A DNA stretch of 64,000 nucleotides from Terricaulis sp. GTDB taxonomy: Bacteria; Pseudomonadota; Alphaproteobacteria; Caulobacterales; Aquidulcibacteraceae. How positions within the stretch are numbered: position 1 is the first letter of the stretch; the number at the start of each line of letters is the position of its first letter. The stretch lies in NCBI RefSeq assembly GCF_034439495.1, contig NZ_JAWXAM010000045.1, one strand, 5' to 3'. Below the pieces are notes generated by a model. That model had not been told where the DNA came from, did not search any database, and saw only the letters and a list, made by a program, of their open reading frames with translations. The translations under genes were made by a program, and so were the position numbers. Shown in pieces: positions 18,922-28,539 of the stretch.

Positions 18922-19355
18922 GCCCCGGCGACTGCCACTGTCGCTTCGCGAGGCCAGAGCAGCGCATCGATGCCGTGGACTACGCCATTGCCTGCGTCGA
19001 GATCTGGCTTGATCACACGCGCCGTGTTCACCCGAAGGCCGTTGCGGCCATCGATCATCACATCGCCGCCGGTTTGCATCACGGCGCGGATGCGCTTGTC
19101 GGCAAAGCGCGCCGACGCGACGCGTCCCGCCGCGATGTGATAGCCGAGCACAATGTGCAAGCGCTCAGGGTCATGGCGCAGGAATTTGTCTAGCACGACG
19201 GGCGACATCGTCGCGAACGCCGCATCTGTTGGCGCAAACACGGTGAAAGGGCCGGGGCCCTCAAGTGTGGTGAAGTGATCGCTCGCGCGCAACGCCGCAG
19301 CGAAGGTGTAAAAGCCGGCGCGATCGGCGACGCTTACAACTGACAATAACGCCAT
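18918..19355 (-). CDS. Fasciclin (FAS1) domain protein without a signal peptide
   Basis: GPFTVFAPTDAAF (H1), YH, and NGVVHGID (H2) motifs. Confidence 0.92.
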   Translation of the reverse strand: MALLSVVSVADRAGFYTFAAALRASDHFTTLEGPGPFTVFAPTDAAFATMSPVVLDKFLRHDPERLHIVLGYHIAAGRVASARFADKRIRAVMQTGGDVMIDGRNGLRVNTARVIKPDLDAGNGVVHGIDALLWPREATVAVAGA

Positions 19356-19367
19356 GTTCGTCGTTCC

Positions 19368-19562
19368 TTATTGTGCGCCATAGGCGTCACGCGCCTTGAC
19401 GTATTCATTATAGAGTTCGCGCAGGCGCGATCCTGGCTCGCCGGTCGCGCGGCCGTGAAAGCGCGCCATGCCAGCGTCGCTGGCGCCGAACACAGCCGTT
19501 ACTTCGTGCATCCACGCTTTGTCGGCGGCGGTGGCTTCCTGGAGCAGTTTAAGCTTGCTCAT
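19368..19562 (-). CDS. Small hypothetical protein (64 aa)
   Basis: ATGA-coupled to the upstream small gene; protein-like composition. Confidence 0.6.
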   Translation of the reverse strand: MSKLKLLQEATAADKAWMHEVTAVFGASDAGMARFHGRATGEPGSRLRELYNEYVKARDAYGAQ

Positions 19563-19768
19563 GCAGCGCCCTGGAGGCGCTTGATTTCTTCACGCAGGCC
19601 TTTCTCGTCGAACACCGAGCCGCTTTCAGTGTCGCGGATGCGGATGAGACGCATGCCCCGGCGCTCAAGGCCGGCTGCCCAGCCCAAAGCGGATTTGGCG
19701 TCTTCAAACGTGGCGCTAGGCTCAAAGCGAAAGCCCGGACCGGGCGATGAGTTGACGATGAAAGGCAC
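19559..19768 (-). CDS. Small hypothetical protein (69 aa)
   Basis: AAGGAG RBS before the ATG; first gene of the four-gene minus-strand cluster. Confidence 0.6.
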   Translation of the reverse strand: MPFIVNSSPGPGFRFEPSATFEDAKSALGWAAGLERRGMRLIRIRDTESGSVFDEKGLREEIKRLQGAA

Positions 19769-19970
19769 GGGCGCTCCTTGCGGGCTTCACGCTGGCGCGG
19801 CGACACATGCGCAGCGGCAACCGCCCTCGCGGGCGGCTGAAGCGTTAGTTCTGTTTGCTGATTGCGTGATCTTAACACGCTTCGCACTTGGGCGCGCGAT
19901 TATTCGCACCTGCGGCTTTCAGGCGCTCATAAGCGCTTAGGCGGAGCAGATTCGCCGGAGTGTGCGGTAC

Positions 19971-20159
19971 ATGGCAAAGTTCGTGAAATTCATCTCGGCG
20001 GCCGATGCGCGGCTCGAAGTCCACATCAATCCAAACGAAGTCGCCGCCGTGCGCGACAGCCATGGCAAGACCATCATCCTGTTTCGCAGCATAGCCGCGA
20101 CAGAGACAGTCGCCGGCTCGATCGCAGACGTCGTATCGGCGTTGGAAGCCGCAACTTAA
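19971..20159 (+). CDS. Small hypothetical protein (62 aa; FlbD-like pattern)
   Basis: GGAG RBS; MAKFVKF...INPNEVAAVR...GSIADVVSAL. Confidence 0.6.
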   Translation: MAKFVKFISAADARLEVHINPNEVAAVRDSHGKTIILFRSIAATETVAGSIADVVSALEAAT

Positions 20160-21046
20160 GACATCGGATTAGGCGGCGGCGATGGATCGGGGAGCGGGAT
20201 CCATTCTTCGTTATCGAGATCAGGCAGCTTCATGCGGCCGGCGCGCCAATCGGCTTTCGCTTGCTCGATGCGCTCTTTGGACGAGTGCACGAAATTCCAT
20301 TCGATGAAGCGTGGGCCGAGCGGTTCGCCGCCAAGCGCCATGACGGTCGCGGGAGTCTCGGCGCGGAATGTCACGGCATCGCCGGGAGTCAGCACGATCA
20401 TCTGCCCCGCCGCAAAGCGCTGCCCCGCAACGTCGATCTCGCCCTGCGCCACGTAGAGCGCGCGTTCGGGATACTCGGCCGGCACGGATGCGGACGCGCC
20501 AGCTTGCAGTACCCAATGCACATAAAACATAGGCGAATGGGTACGCACGGGCGCTGACAGTCCTGCGCTCTCGCCAGCAATCAAGCGACCCCATGCGCCG
20601 CCCTCTTCGAACGTGGGTAGCGCCGCCGCGCCATAATGATGGAAGGCCGGGTCGGTTTCTTCGTCCTTCTCAGGCAACGCTACCCAGGCCTGAATGCCGT
20701 GCAGCGGCCCGCCTTCAAGGCGTGCGCGTTCAAAGCGCTCGGAGTGTGTGATGCCGCGCCCGGATGTCATCCAATTGAGCTCACCCGGGCGGATCGGTTG
20801 TGCGGAACCAACGCTATCGCGGTGCATGATCTCGCCTTCGAACAGATACGTGACGGTCGAAAGGCCGATGTGCGGATGCGGACGCACGTCTACGGTTTTG
20901 GGAATACCAGGCGCGAACTGTGCGGGCCCCATGTGATCGAAGAACACGAACGGCCCGACCATGCGTCGCGGCGCGTACGGCAGCACGCGTCCTACTTCAA
21001 AGCCGCCCAAATCCTTGCGCCGTTGCGCGATAACAAGCTCGATCAT
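20156..21046 (-). CDS. Pirin family protein
   Basis: PFVFFDHMGP, PHPHIGLSTVTYLFEG, NWMTSGRGITHSE. Confidence 0.96.
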   Translation of the reverse strand: MIELVIAQRRKDLGGFEVGRVLPYAPRRMVGPFVFFDHMGPAQFAPGIPKTVDVRPHPHIGLSTVTYLFEGEIMHRDSVGSAQPIRPGELNWMTSGRGITHSERFERARLEGGPLHGIQAWVALPEKDEETDPAFHHYGAAALPTFEEGGAWGRLIAGESAGLSAPVRTHSPMFYVHWVLQAGASASVPAEYPERALYVAQGEIDVAGQRFAAGQMIVLTPGDAVTFRAETPATVMALGGEPLGPRFIEWNFVHSSKERIEQAKADWRAGRMKLPDLDNEEWIPLPDPSPPPNPMS

Positions 21047-21179
21047 GTCACAAGTCTAAGCACCTCAAACGCGAATGCCCAGTCTTGCTCCAAACGTCAC
21101 GGCATCGAACACTTGCGGAGCGCGCGCGGCAAACATAGGGCTAGAGGGCAAGGACGCTCGGGATACGCGAACGGAACAG

Positions 21180-21776
21180 ATGGAGCCGGTCACCTATCGG
21201 CGCAGAGCTGGCGCCATGTCGCGCGGCGAACGCGAATGGCGGGTGGAGGACGATGCACTCGTCAGCCGCGGCGTCTCAGGGCACGAGCGCCGCTATCCGT
21301 GGCGCGACATCGTCAGCGTGCGCTTGTTCCATGAGCCGAGCCGGTTCCGCCCGTGGCGCTACGTGTTCGAGATGCAGCCCAAGCATCAGCGCAAGATCAT
21401 CCTCGACAACGCGCACTTTCTCGCGCGTGGTTCTTATGAAGAGCGCAGCGGGAGCTACACGCCGTTTGTGCGCGCGGCGTTGGCCCGTGTCGCGCATCAG
21501 AAACCGGGTCTCCAGGTGCTCATCGGGGAGACCCCGAAGCGCTACTTCTTTCTGCTCTTGGCCGCGCTGCTGGCGTTCTGTGCACTTGCCTACGCGCTGA
21601 TTGCGATCCCGACGCCGTTCGATGCGTGGGAATATAGCTCGCTCGCCAAGCTCGTGGTCATTCTTCTGATGCTGCCCATTTTGTGGCGCTGGGTGCTTGG
21701 CGCGATGCCGCGCGGTGTGCCTTTGGACGATATTCCGGCTCGGGCGCTGCCGCCGATAGCCGGCGGAGATGGCTGA
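21180..21776 (+). CDS. Hypothetical membrane protein (PH-like N-terminus, two C-terminal TMs)
   Basis: Coherent ORF with GC-type codon usage and two hydrophobic helices near the C-terminus. Confidence 0.6.
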   Translation: MEPVTYRRRAGAMSRGEREWRVEDDALVSRGVSGHERRYPWRDIVSVRLFHEPSRFRPWRYVFEMQPKHQRKIILDNAHFLARGSYEERSGSYTPFVRAALARVAHQKPGLQVLIGETPKRYFFLLLAALLAFCALAYALIAIPTPFDAWEYSSLAKLVVILLMLPILWRWVLGAMPRGVPLDDIPARALPPIAGGDG

Positions 21777-21835
21777 AAAGGCTCGCCGCACTTGCCCTTG
21801 TCGGCGGTCCCGTCTAGGAAAACCGCCTTCCCGGG

Positions 21836-21911
21836 GCCGCCTTAGCTCAGCCGGTAGAGCACCGCATTCGTAATGCGGGGGTCAGGTGTTCGAGTCACCT
21901 AGGCGGCACCA
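21836..21911 (+). tRNA. tRNA-Thr (anticodon CGT)
   Basis: GCCGCCT/AGGCGGC acceptor, CCGCA-TT-CGT-AA-TGCGG anticodon arm, encoded CCA. Confidence 0.97.
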
Positions 21912-21920
21912 CTTTCCCGA

Positions 21921-23345
21921 TTAGCGGACTTCTTCAATTTCCACTTCGTCCGGGAGGTCGGCGTCGTGACGCGCGCCCGTTTGCGGTGCGGTCAGCACCG
22001 CGGTTGGCAGCGCCAGCACTGGGCCGAGCGCGTCGTTTCCGCCGCGCTCCATACGCGGATGGATGAGCTGGCCGCCATCACCGAAGACGTAAACCAGGCG
22101 GGCCCAGTCACTGTCGTCGTACATGAAGGCGGGGCCCTCCGGATCGAGATCCGACCAATCGGCTTCGCGCGGCGCGGCGGCGGCTTGCGCCAGCCATGTG
22201 CGGGCGCCGTTCTCGTCGCCGCGACCGCGTGCGACTTGCGCAAACAGGATGCAGATGCGCGAGGACGGGTTTTCGCGGTACGCGTCCTCAAGAGCGGCCT
22301 GTGCGCCGCCCCAATCGCCGCGCTCCATGGCGAGTTCCGCCAGGATGATTTTGCTCTCGCGATGGTCACGGCGTCGTTCCGCGAACGTGCGCATGCGCTC
22401 GGCGCGTGCTTCGCGCGTTTCGCCAGGGACAAGATCGCGATAGGCGTGTGCCAGCACGGGGTGTGGGCCGTTTTCCCACGCTTCTTCCATGATCGAGGCG
22501 GCGCGTTCGGCTTTGCCTTCGGCGACCAGCAGCCGAGCCGCCAGCGCGCCAGCGGGCACGAAGCCTGGAGCTATGCGGAAGGCCTTCTGCGCCATGTCGC
22601 AAGCTTTGTCGGCGCGGCGTTCGCGCTCGAGCTTCGCAGCTTGCGCGCTCATCAAAACCGCGCGGCGGCGCTTGGCGCCTTTGTCTTCGACCTGCTTGCG
22701 CTTGTCGCCGATTTCTAGCGCTTCGATGGCGTTTTCCCAGTCCGCTGCCTGAACGGCGAGGTCGAACGCATACTGGAACGGCCATGTCGCAGTCTTCGAA
22801 GCTTTGAGCGCCGCCTCTGCGTGTGCGCGCGCCGCCGTGCGATCACCGCGTTTCAGGGCGGCCGCCATCAGACCTTTGCGGCCGAGCACTTCAGTGTCTT
22901 CGTTCTGCAGCATGCCGGAATACGCACGCTCAGCGCCCGCCGTGTCGCCGCTGACTTCAGCTGCGCGCGCTTGCAACAGCAAAGCAAGACGCGGCTCGTC
23001 GATCAGATCTTCGGCCTTATCCGCATGTCGGCGCGCTTCTTCAAATTCGCCCGCTTCCGCCGCGATGAGGCCAAGCGCCAAAGCTTCTTGGCCGCGGCGC
23101 ACGCGTGCGCGTTGACTGTGCTTGCCGATGCGTCCCGGCGCATCCATCAGGAACATGACAAGCCGCAAGAGCGGCAGCGCCACCGCAATCATCGCCACTA
23201 GGATCAGCAGCCCGAACAAAGCCGAGGTCGACACTTGCGTGCCGAACCATTCCACCTCGACCGTGCCGGGATCGGTGGTGACGATCTGCCAGGAGGCCAG
23301 CATCGCCATGACGGCGATGATCAGCAGGAAGGCGAGGCGCAACAT
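21921..23345 (-). CDS. hemY: HemY-family TPR membrane protein
   Basis: Two N-terminal TMs, PGTVEVEWFG, TPR-like repeats; conserved position after COG4223/hemD/hemC. Confidence 0.85.
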   Translation of the reverse strand: MLRLAFLLIIAVMAMLASWQIVTTDPGTVEVEWFGTQVSTSALFGLLILVAMIAVALPLLRLVMFLMDAPGRIGKHSQRARVRRGQEALALGLIAAEAGEFEEARRHADKAEDLIDEPRLALLLQARAAEVSGDTAGAERAYSGMLQNEDTEVLGRKGLMAAALKRGDRTAARAHAEAALKASKTATWPFQYAFDLAVQAADWENAIEALEIGDKRKQVEDKGAKRRRAVLMSAQAAKLERERRADKACDMAQKAFRIAPGFVPAGALAARLLVAEGKAERAASIMEEAWENGPHPVLAHAYRDLVPGETREARAERMRTFAERRRDHRESKIILAELAMERGDWGGAQAALEDAYRENPSSRICILFAQVARGRGDENGARTWLAQAAAAPREADWSDLDPEGPAFMYDDSDWARLVYVFGDGGQLIHPRMERGGNDALGPVLALPTAVLTAPQTGARHDADLPDEVEIEEVR

Positions 23346-23350
23346 CGGGC

Positions 23351-24343
23351 TTAGCTCCGCGACAATTCTTGTCGGATTGCCGCAATACGCCGGTCGATTT
23401 CGAGCCGGCGCTGGGCGTCATTGATCCAATCCTGCGCCGCACGCTTCGGCTGCGCGGGCAGGCGGTTTAGTTCTTGAATAGCGAGATCGAGGCGATCACC
23501 GGCGAGCGCTTCTTCGGCGCGCGCGACGATGCCTTCGGGTGTATCGCCCGCATCGGCGCGGCGGATGACGATCCATTGCGCCAGCGCTGCTTGGATGCGG
23601 CCCCAGAAACCGGCACCGGCTTGGCTTTGCCGCGCGGCCCGGATGATCTCGTTGTCGAGCCGCTCGAAGCGGGTCAGCAGTTCGGAGCGTGTCGGCGCGC
23701 CAGTGCGTGAAAGCGGCTCAAGCGCTGCGACGTTCTCGTCGCCTGGCAACAAGGCTGCGAGCTGCGCATGCGCTTGCTCGAACGGGCCGGACGAGCGCGA
23801 CGCTTCAGATGCGGCAACGATTGCGTACGATGCGCGCGCTGCGGTCGCCGCGGCGCGGGCTTCTTGCGCCACCGCCGGCAGTTCTTCCTGCAGACGGCGC
23901 ACTTCAGCGACCAGCGCTGAAACTTCGGCGCTGGACGGCATTTGGGTCAGCCGTTGCTCGACATCGCGCAGGCCTGATTGCAACGCGAATACGCGCGCGG
24001 CTGTGTTGTCTTCACCTGGCGCGCCGCCCGCGGCTTCCGCCAACGGCGCATTGATCAGCGTCTCGATCTGATCGAGGCGGGCGTCGAGCGTTGCGGCCGT
24101 GTTGTCTGGGGTCTGACCCGCGACAGGCGCCGCCGGGGCGACGCTATCGAGAGCGGCGCTAAGCGCCGGCACGCGCGGCGCAACTGCGCCGCCGGCTGCG
24201 CCGACACCAGCGGCGACGAGCGCCAGCATCAAGGCGGTGCCCATGCCTACGCCCGGCCCGCCGCGAACCTCTTCGCGGTAGGGCTCGTACTCAACGTCGA
24301 TCGGCTCGGCGCGTCCGCGCTCTGCGTCGTCGTCTCTACTCAT
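23351..24343 (-). CDS. COG4223 / mitofilin-like inner-membrane protein
   Basis: One TM, coiled coils, C-terminal IVARAEEALAGDRLDLAIQEL...W; lies between hemD and hemY. Confidence 0.8.
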   Translation of the reverse strand: MSRDDDAERGRAEPIDVEYEPYREEVRGGPGVGMGTALMLALVAAGVGAAGGAVAPRVPALSAALDSVAPAAPVAGQTPDNTAATLDARLDQIETLINAPLAEAAGGAPGEDNTAARVFALQSGLRDVEQRLTQMPSSAEVSALVAEVRRLQEELPAVAQEARAAATAARASYAIVAASEASRSSGPFEQAHAQLAALLPGDENVAALEPLSRTGAPTRSELLTRFERLDNEIIRAARQSQAGAGFWGRIQAALAQWIVIRRADAGDTPEGIVARAEEALAGDRLDLAIQELNRLPAQPKRAAQDWINDAQRRLEIDRRIAAIRQELSRS

Positions 24344-24476
24344 CGGGACTCCCCAGTCTTTTCCGCGACTTCCGCATTTCGTGCGGGAAACGAGTCGCGG
24401 CTAGCGCGAGCCGAATCTAGGCCCCCGGGATGGGGGGCTCAAGCGATTGCGCCAGTAGGGATTGTCGCCCAGCGCC

Positions 24477-25151
24477 TCAGCCCTGGAGTAAAGCGGCTAG
24501 AAGCGCGTCTTCGCGTGGCGCGGGCGCCACGATGACCGTTTTCCACGCTGTTTTCCGCGCCGCCTCTGCCACGGCATCGCTGAGACAAGCCGCTGTGAGT
24601 TCCGCAGACTGTGGCGCTCCCAGGCTCACGAACGTCTCCGCCGCCCGCGCGCTGTGAAATAAGATGGCGTCGAGCGGCGGGGAGAGGGCTTCGGGCAGGG
24701 TGGCCGCGGCTACGGAAGCAAACGCCAGTCGGCGCTCATAGTCGAACCCAGCCGCGGTGAGCTCACCCCCCAAATCCCCGGCGACGTGATCGCCAGCGAT
24801 GTGAATGAGCTTGCCGCCGGCTGGACGAAGCGAATCTTTCACGAGCGCTGCGAGGGCGCGTACATCGCCATTGGCAGAATGCACTTTGAGGAAGCCTGCC
24901 TCGCGCGCGGCGGCCGCAGTCGCATCCCCAACAGCAAACACAGGGCGGGCGCGGGCGCCGTGTGCGTCTGGAAAAGAACGCACGCCATTACTGCTGGTAA
25001 AGATGATCGCCTGCGCGCCCGCAGTGCTCGTGTCGAACCCGCAGGGCACGATGGTCAGCAAAGGCGCAATGACGGCTTCGGCGCCAAATGCGCGGACGCG
25101 TTCAGCTGTCCGCAGCGCTTCTGGCAGCGCGCGCGTGATCGCGACGCGCAT
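24477..25151 (-). CDS. hemD: Uroporphyrinogen-III synthase
   Basis: RVAITRALP, IIFTSSNGV, FAVGDATA, LFHSARAA. Confidence 0.92.
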   Translation of the reverse strand: MRVAITRALPEALRTAERVRAFGAEAVIAPLLTIVPCGFDTSTAGAQAIIFTSSNGVRSFPDAHGARARPVFAVGDATAAAAREAGFLKVHSANGDVRALAALVKDSLRPAGGKLIHIAGDHVAGDLGGELTAAGFDYERRLAFASVAAATLPEALSPPLDAILFHSARAAETFVSLGAPQSAELTAACLSDAVAEAARKTAWKTVIVAPAPREDALLAALLQG

Positions 25152-25155
25152 CACT

Positions 25156-26097
25156 TCATTGATCCAACACGATCGCGTCGCCGGCTTCTTCGCGGATTTC
25201 CCCGCCAAGGCGCGCGCCGAGTGCTTGCGCTTGTTTTATCGGATCGGCGCCTGGCGAAATGCTCTCGCGCCGCCGCCAGCGCGCACCGCCGTTGGGCTGC
25301 AGCGTCTCGCCGAGGAAAGAGAGTGTCGCGCCGTCAAAGCGCGCGAGTGCGCCGATCGGCGTGCGGCATGATCCATCTAAAGCCGCTAGAAATGCGCGTT
25401 CTGCTTCAATTTCGACGCGCGCGCCGCGATTTTCAAACGCTGATAGAGCATCGCGCACGCGGGCGTCGTCGCTTCGCGCAGTAATCGCCAGCGCGCCTTG
25501 GCAGGCCGCCGGCGGCATGGCGTCGGGATCGAGCATGCTGGTCGCGCGCGTCTCAAGTCCCATGCGTTTCAGTCCCGCGAACGCCAAGAAGGTCGCATCC
25601 GCATCACCCGCTTCGAGCTTCGTCAAACGCGTATCGACGTTACCGCGCAGCGTGGAAACACGTAGGTCGTTGCGTGCGTAGAGAACCTGCGCTTGCCGGC
25701 GCAGACTAGCTGTGCCGACCACAGAGTTGGGGGCGAGTTCTTCAAGCGTTTTCGCTTTCAAGCTCACGAAGGCGTCGCGTGGGTCTTCTCGCTCCGGCAC
25801 GCATGCGAGGTCGATCCCATCGGGCAATTGCGTAGGGAGATCCTTCAGCGAGTGCACGCCGATATCGATGCGGCCATCCAGCAGCGCGTCGTCGAGCTCT
25901 TTTGTGAAAAGCCCCTTTCCGCCAGCCTCGATCAAGCGGCGGTCCTGGATGCGGTCGCCGCTGGTGACGATCGGCACGATTTCGAGTGCTTCTTCGGCCA
26001 CGCCGAGAAGCGCCGCCCAGCGTGCGCGGGTTTGCCCGGTTTGCGTCAAGGAGAGCTTTGAGCCGCGCGCGCCGATGCGGAAAAGTGGAGTGGTCAT
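25156..26097 (-). CDS. hemC: Hydroxymethylbilane synthase
   Basis: [45 protein letters not shown]. Confidence 0.97.
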   Translation of the reverse strand: MTTPLFRIGARGSKLSLTQTGQTRARWAALLGVAEEALEIVPIVTSGDRIQDRRLIEAGGKGLFTKELDDALLDGRIDIGVHSLKDLPTQLPDGIDLACVPEREDPRDAFVSLKAKTLEELAPNSVVGTASLRRQAQVLYARNDLRVSTLRGNVDTRLTKLEAGDADATFLAFAGLKRMGLETRATSMLDPDAMPPAACQGALAITARSDDARVRDALSAFENRGARVEIEAERAFLAALDGSCRTPIGALARFDGATLSFLGETLQPNGGARWRRRESISPGADPIKQAQALGARLGGEIREEAGDAIVLDQ

Positions 26098-26193
26098 GGC
26101 GCCCTTATGGCCTGCCGGCGTGTCACCGGCCAAGTCTGCCGTTGGCGGATGTGTCTACTCGCGCTCTGGCGCTGCAGCCTCTATGTCCGGCGC

Positions 26194-27285
26194 ATGAAGC
26201 CGCTCACCGTCCTTGGCATCGAGACCAGCTGCGATGAAACCGCAGCGGCGGTGCTGCGCCTGGATGAAAATGGCCCGCACGTGCTTTCGGACGTGGTGCT
26301 GGGGCAGGCGGTGCATCACGCGCCATACAAGGGTGTGGTCCCCGAAATTGCCGCTCGTGCCCACGTTGAGGGGTTGGACGGGGTGATCGCCGCGGCGATG
26401 CGCGATGCCGGGCTTGGCTATTCCGATCTCGACGGGGTCGCGGCGACAGCGGGGCCTGGTCTGATTGGCGGGGTGATGGTCGGGCTGTTGGCCGGCAAGG
26501 CGATCGCACTGGCGCACGATAAGCCGCTGCTGGCCGTGAACCACCTGGAGGGCCACGCGCTCAGTCCGCGGCTCGCGCCTGGCGGGGCGACGTTTCCGTA
26601 TCTCCTGCTGCTCGTCAGCGGCGGGCACTGCCAGTTCATCTCGGTGCTTGATGTTGGCGTCTATCGCCGGCTGGGCTCGACCATGGACGATGCCCTCGGC
26701 GAAGCGTTCGACAAGCTCGGCAAGCTGTTGGACCTCGGTTTTCCCGGCGGTCCTTATGTGGAAAAAGCCGCCAAAAGTGGCGATTCCAAGCGCTTTGCTT
26801 TGCCCCGGCCGTTGCTTGGCCGTGAAGGTTGCGACTTCTCTTTCGCCGGTTTGAAAACCGCGTGCGCCCGCGAAGCAGAGCGGCTTGGCGTGATGACAGA
26901 TCAAGATAAGGCCGATCTTTGCGCCAGCTTCGAAGCGGCTGTGCTGGATATCGTCGCGGACCGCACACGCAACGCCATGCGCATGTTCGATCCGGTTTAT
27001 GGCGCTAGGGGCAGGTTGGTGGCCGCAGGAGGCGTGGCGGCCAATTCGGCGATCCGAGGCCGGCTGGAAGCTCTAGCGGCGGAGCGGGACTACGATTTCA
27101 TCGCGCCGCCGCTGCGTTGGTGCACGGACAATGCGGCGATGATCGCGTTAGCGGGCGCTGAAAGGTTGCGCCTCGGATTCAGTGACGACCTGTCATTTCC
27201 GGCGCGGCCGCGCTGGCCGCTGGACGACGAGGCCGCCCGGCTGCGCCCCAGCCATAAGCCGGGGCGCAAAGGGGCGAAGGCTTAA
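26194..27285 (+). CDS. tsaD: t6A tRNA modification protein TsaD
   Basis: [37 protein letters not shown]. Confidence 0.97.
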   Translation: MKPLTVLGIETSCDETAAAVLRLDENGPHVLSDVVLGQAVHHAPYKGVVPEIAARAHVEGLDGVIAAAMRDAGLGYSDLDGVAATAGPGLIGGVMVGLLAGKAIALAHDKPLLAVNHLEGHALSPRLAPGGATFPYLLLLVSGGHCQFISVLDVGVYRRLGSTMDDALGEAFDKLGKLLDLGFPGGPYVEKAAKSGDSKRFALPRPLLGREGCDFSFAGLKTACAREAERLGVMTDQDKADLCASFEAAVLDIVADRTRNAMRMFDPVYGARGRLVAAGGVAANSAIRGRLEALAAERDYDFIAPPLRWCTDNAAMIALAGAERLRLGFSDDLSFPARPRWPLDDEAARLRPSHKPGRKGAKA

Positions 27286-27398
27286 GCGACGATGCGCGCA
27301 GCCGTGAACAACAGCGGCGCGAATGCGGTCGCGACCAGCGCCACAGCGATCACCAGGGACAGCGCCTTGGCGGTCGACGGCAGGTCTTGAGCGGACAT
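27282..27398 (-). CDS. 38-aa single-TM micro-protein A (not in the ORF track)
   Basis: GGAG RBS, ATG 27398: [38 protein letters not shown]; its stop shares TTAA with the tsaD stop. Confidence 0.65.
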   Translation of the reverse strand: MSAQDLPSTAKALSLVIAVALVATAFAPLLFTAARIVA

Positions 27399-27558
27399 TC
27401 AAATTCTCCCCACGAAAGGTTCGATGTTGCACGTGCGAACATCGATGAGGGTGAGATGGACCCTTCTAAGGGCGTTTGCTAGGACCGTTTTACCGGTGCA
27501 GTTATGCAAATTTGCAGCCCAAAGGTTAATTCGGCACGCATAATCGCAGACAAAGAGA

Positions 27559-27585
27559 AGGCGCGAAGGACTAGCCTTCGCGCCT
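27559..27585 (-). terminator. Rho-independent terminator after micro-protein B
   Basis: Perfect 11-bp stem AGGCGCGAAGG/CCTTCGCGCCT with a 5-nt loop, followed by TCTCTTTG on the minus strand. Confidence 0.7.
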
Positions 27586-27628
27586 GCACAAGTCCTTTGG
27601 CGTGCTGGGAGCCGCGCTCAGGCAGAGC

Positions 27629-27745
27629 TTAGAGGGCCACCATCGCGGCGGTTTGAAGGAATGGCGTCGCCGCCAAAGCGAACAGGCCAGCGGCGGCCAA
27701 GACGAAACTGGTCATCAACAGGAAGGAAGGGCGAGTGGTGGTCAT
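27629..27745 (-). CDS. 38-aa single-TM micro-protein B (not in the ORF track)
   Basis: GGAG RBS, ATG 27745: MTTTRPSFLLMTSFVLAAAGLFALAATPFLQTAAMVAL*; followed by a terminator. Confidence 0.65.
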   Translation of the reverse strand: MTTTRPSFLLMTSFVLAAAGLFALAATPFLQTAAMVAL

Positions 27746-27850
27746 TGGGGGCTCCAGGGCTCTTGGGCTTTCGATAACCAGAAGCTAGCACTACCCCGTA
27801 ATGTGATCAATGAATAAAATAGATTTCGTTCAATAATTGCGTAGCGGTGT

Positions 27851-28489
27851 TTACGCCTTGGCGTCGTGCTTGGCTCGTGTGGTGGGCTGGGCCGCCTCGG
27901 TCGCCCGCGCATACAGCCCGTTCAGCAACAAATTCATCACGCCGTCGAATTCGCGTTCGAGCTTCGGCAGCGTCAGTTTCGAGAACAATTGGGGGATGCC
28001 GAACTTCAGGGTCGCGGCCTGCATCATTTCTGCGATGAAGTCGGCGTCGCTTTTGGCGAAGATTCCGGCCTCCATGCCTTCTTCAATCACCGCGATGATG
28101 CTGACCCGTTCGAGGGCGATCAACTCATTCATGAAGAGCGGGCGTTCGCGGGAGAGAACCTCAGCAACCTCAAGAATTTTGGCGCTTTCCGAGAACATCT
28201 GAAAGTTATCGCGCATGCGCCGCGCCAGCATTTCCCGGAGTTTAGCGTCCGGACGCAGGTCCTTGCGGCGCGCAGTGGCGGCGAGCCCGCCATGCTCCTC
28301 GGCGTAGTGCTTGCGGGCCATAGCTTCGGCGATGTCGATCTTGGCTTCAAAGAAGCGATAGATGTTGCCAGGCGACATGTCGCAATCGGCCGCGATCTCG
28401 GCCATGGTTGTCTTGCCGTAGCCGTAGTGCTTGATGCGATTGATGGCCGCTTCGAGAATGCGGTCGCGGGTAGCGGATTTCTCGTCCAT
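27851..28489 (-). CDS. TetR/AcrR family transcriptional regulator
   Basis: RDRILEAA...YGYGKTTMAEIAADCDMSPGNIYRFF helix-turn-helix. Confidence 0.95.
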   Translation of the reverse strand: MDEKSATRDRILEAAINRIKHYGYGKTTMAEIAADCDMSPGNIYRFFEAKIDIAEAMARKHYAEEHGGLAATARRKDLRPDAKLREMLARRMRDNFQMFSESAKILEVAEVLSRERPLFMNELIALERVSIIAVIEEGMEAGIFAKSDADFIAEMMQAATLKFGIPQLFSKLTLPKLEREFDGVMNLLLNGLYARATEAAQPTTRAKHDAKA

Positions 28490-28539
28490 CCCTACGAGTT
28501 AGCGGGTTTCTGCTAAACGTTCAATGAAGGATTCAGCCG

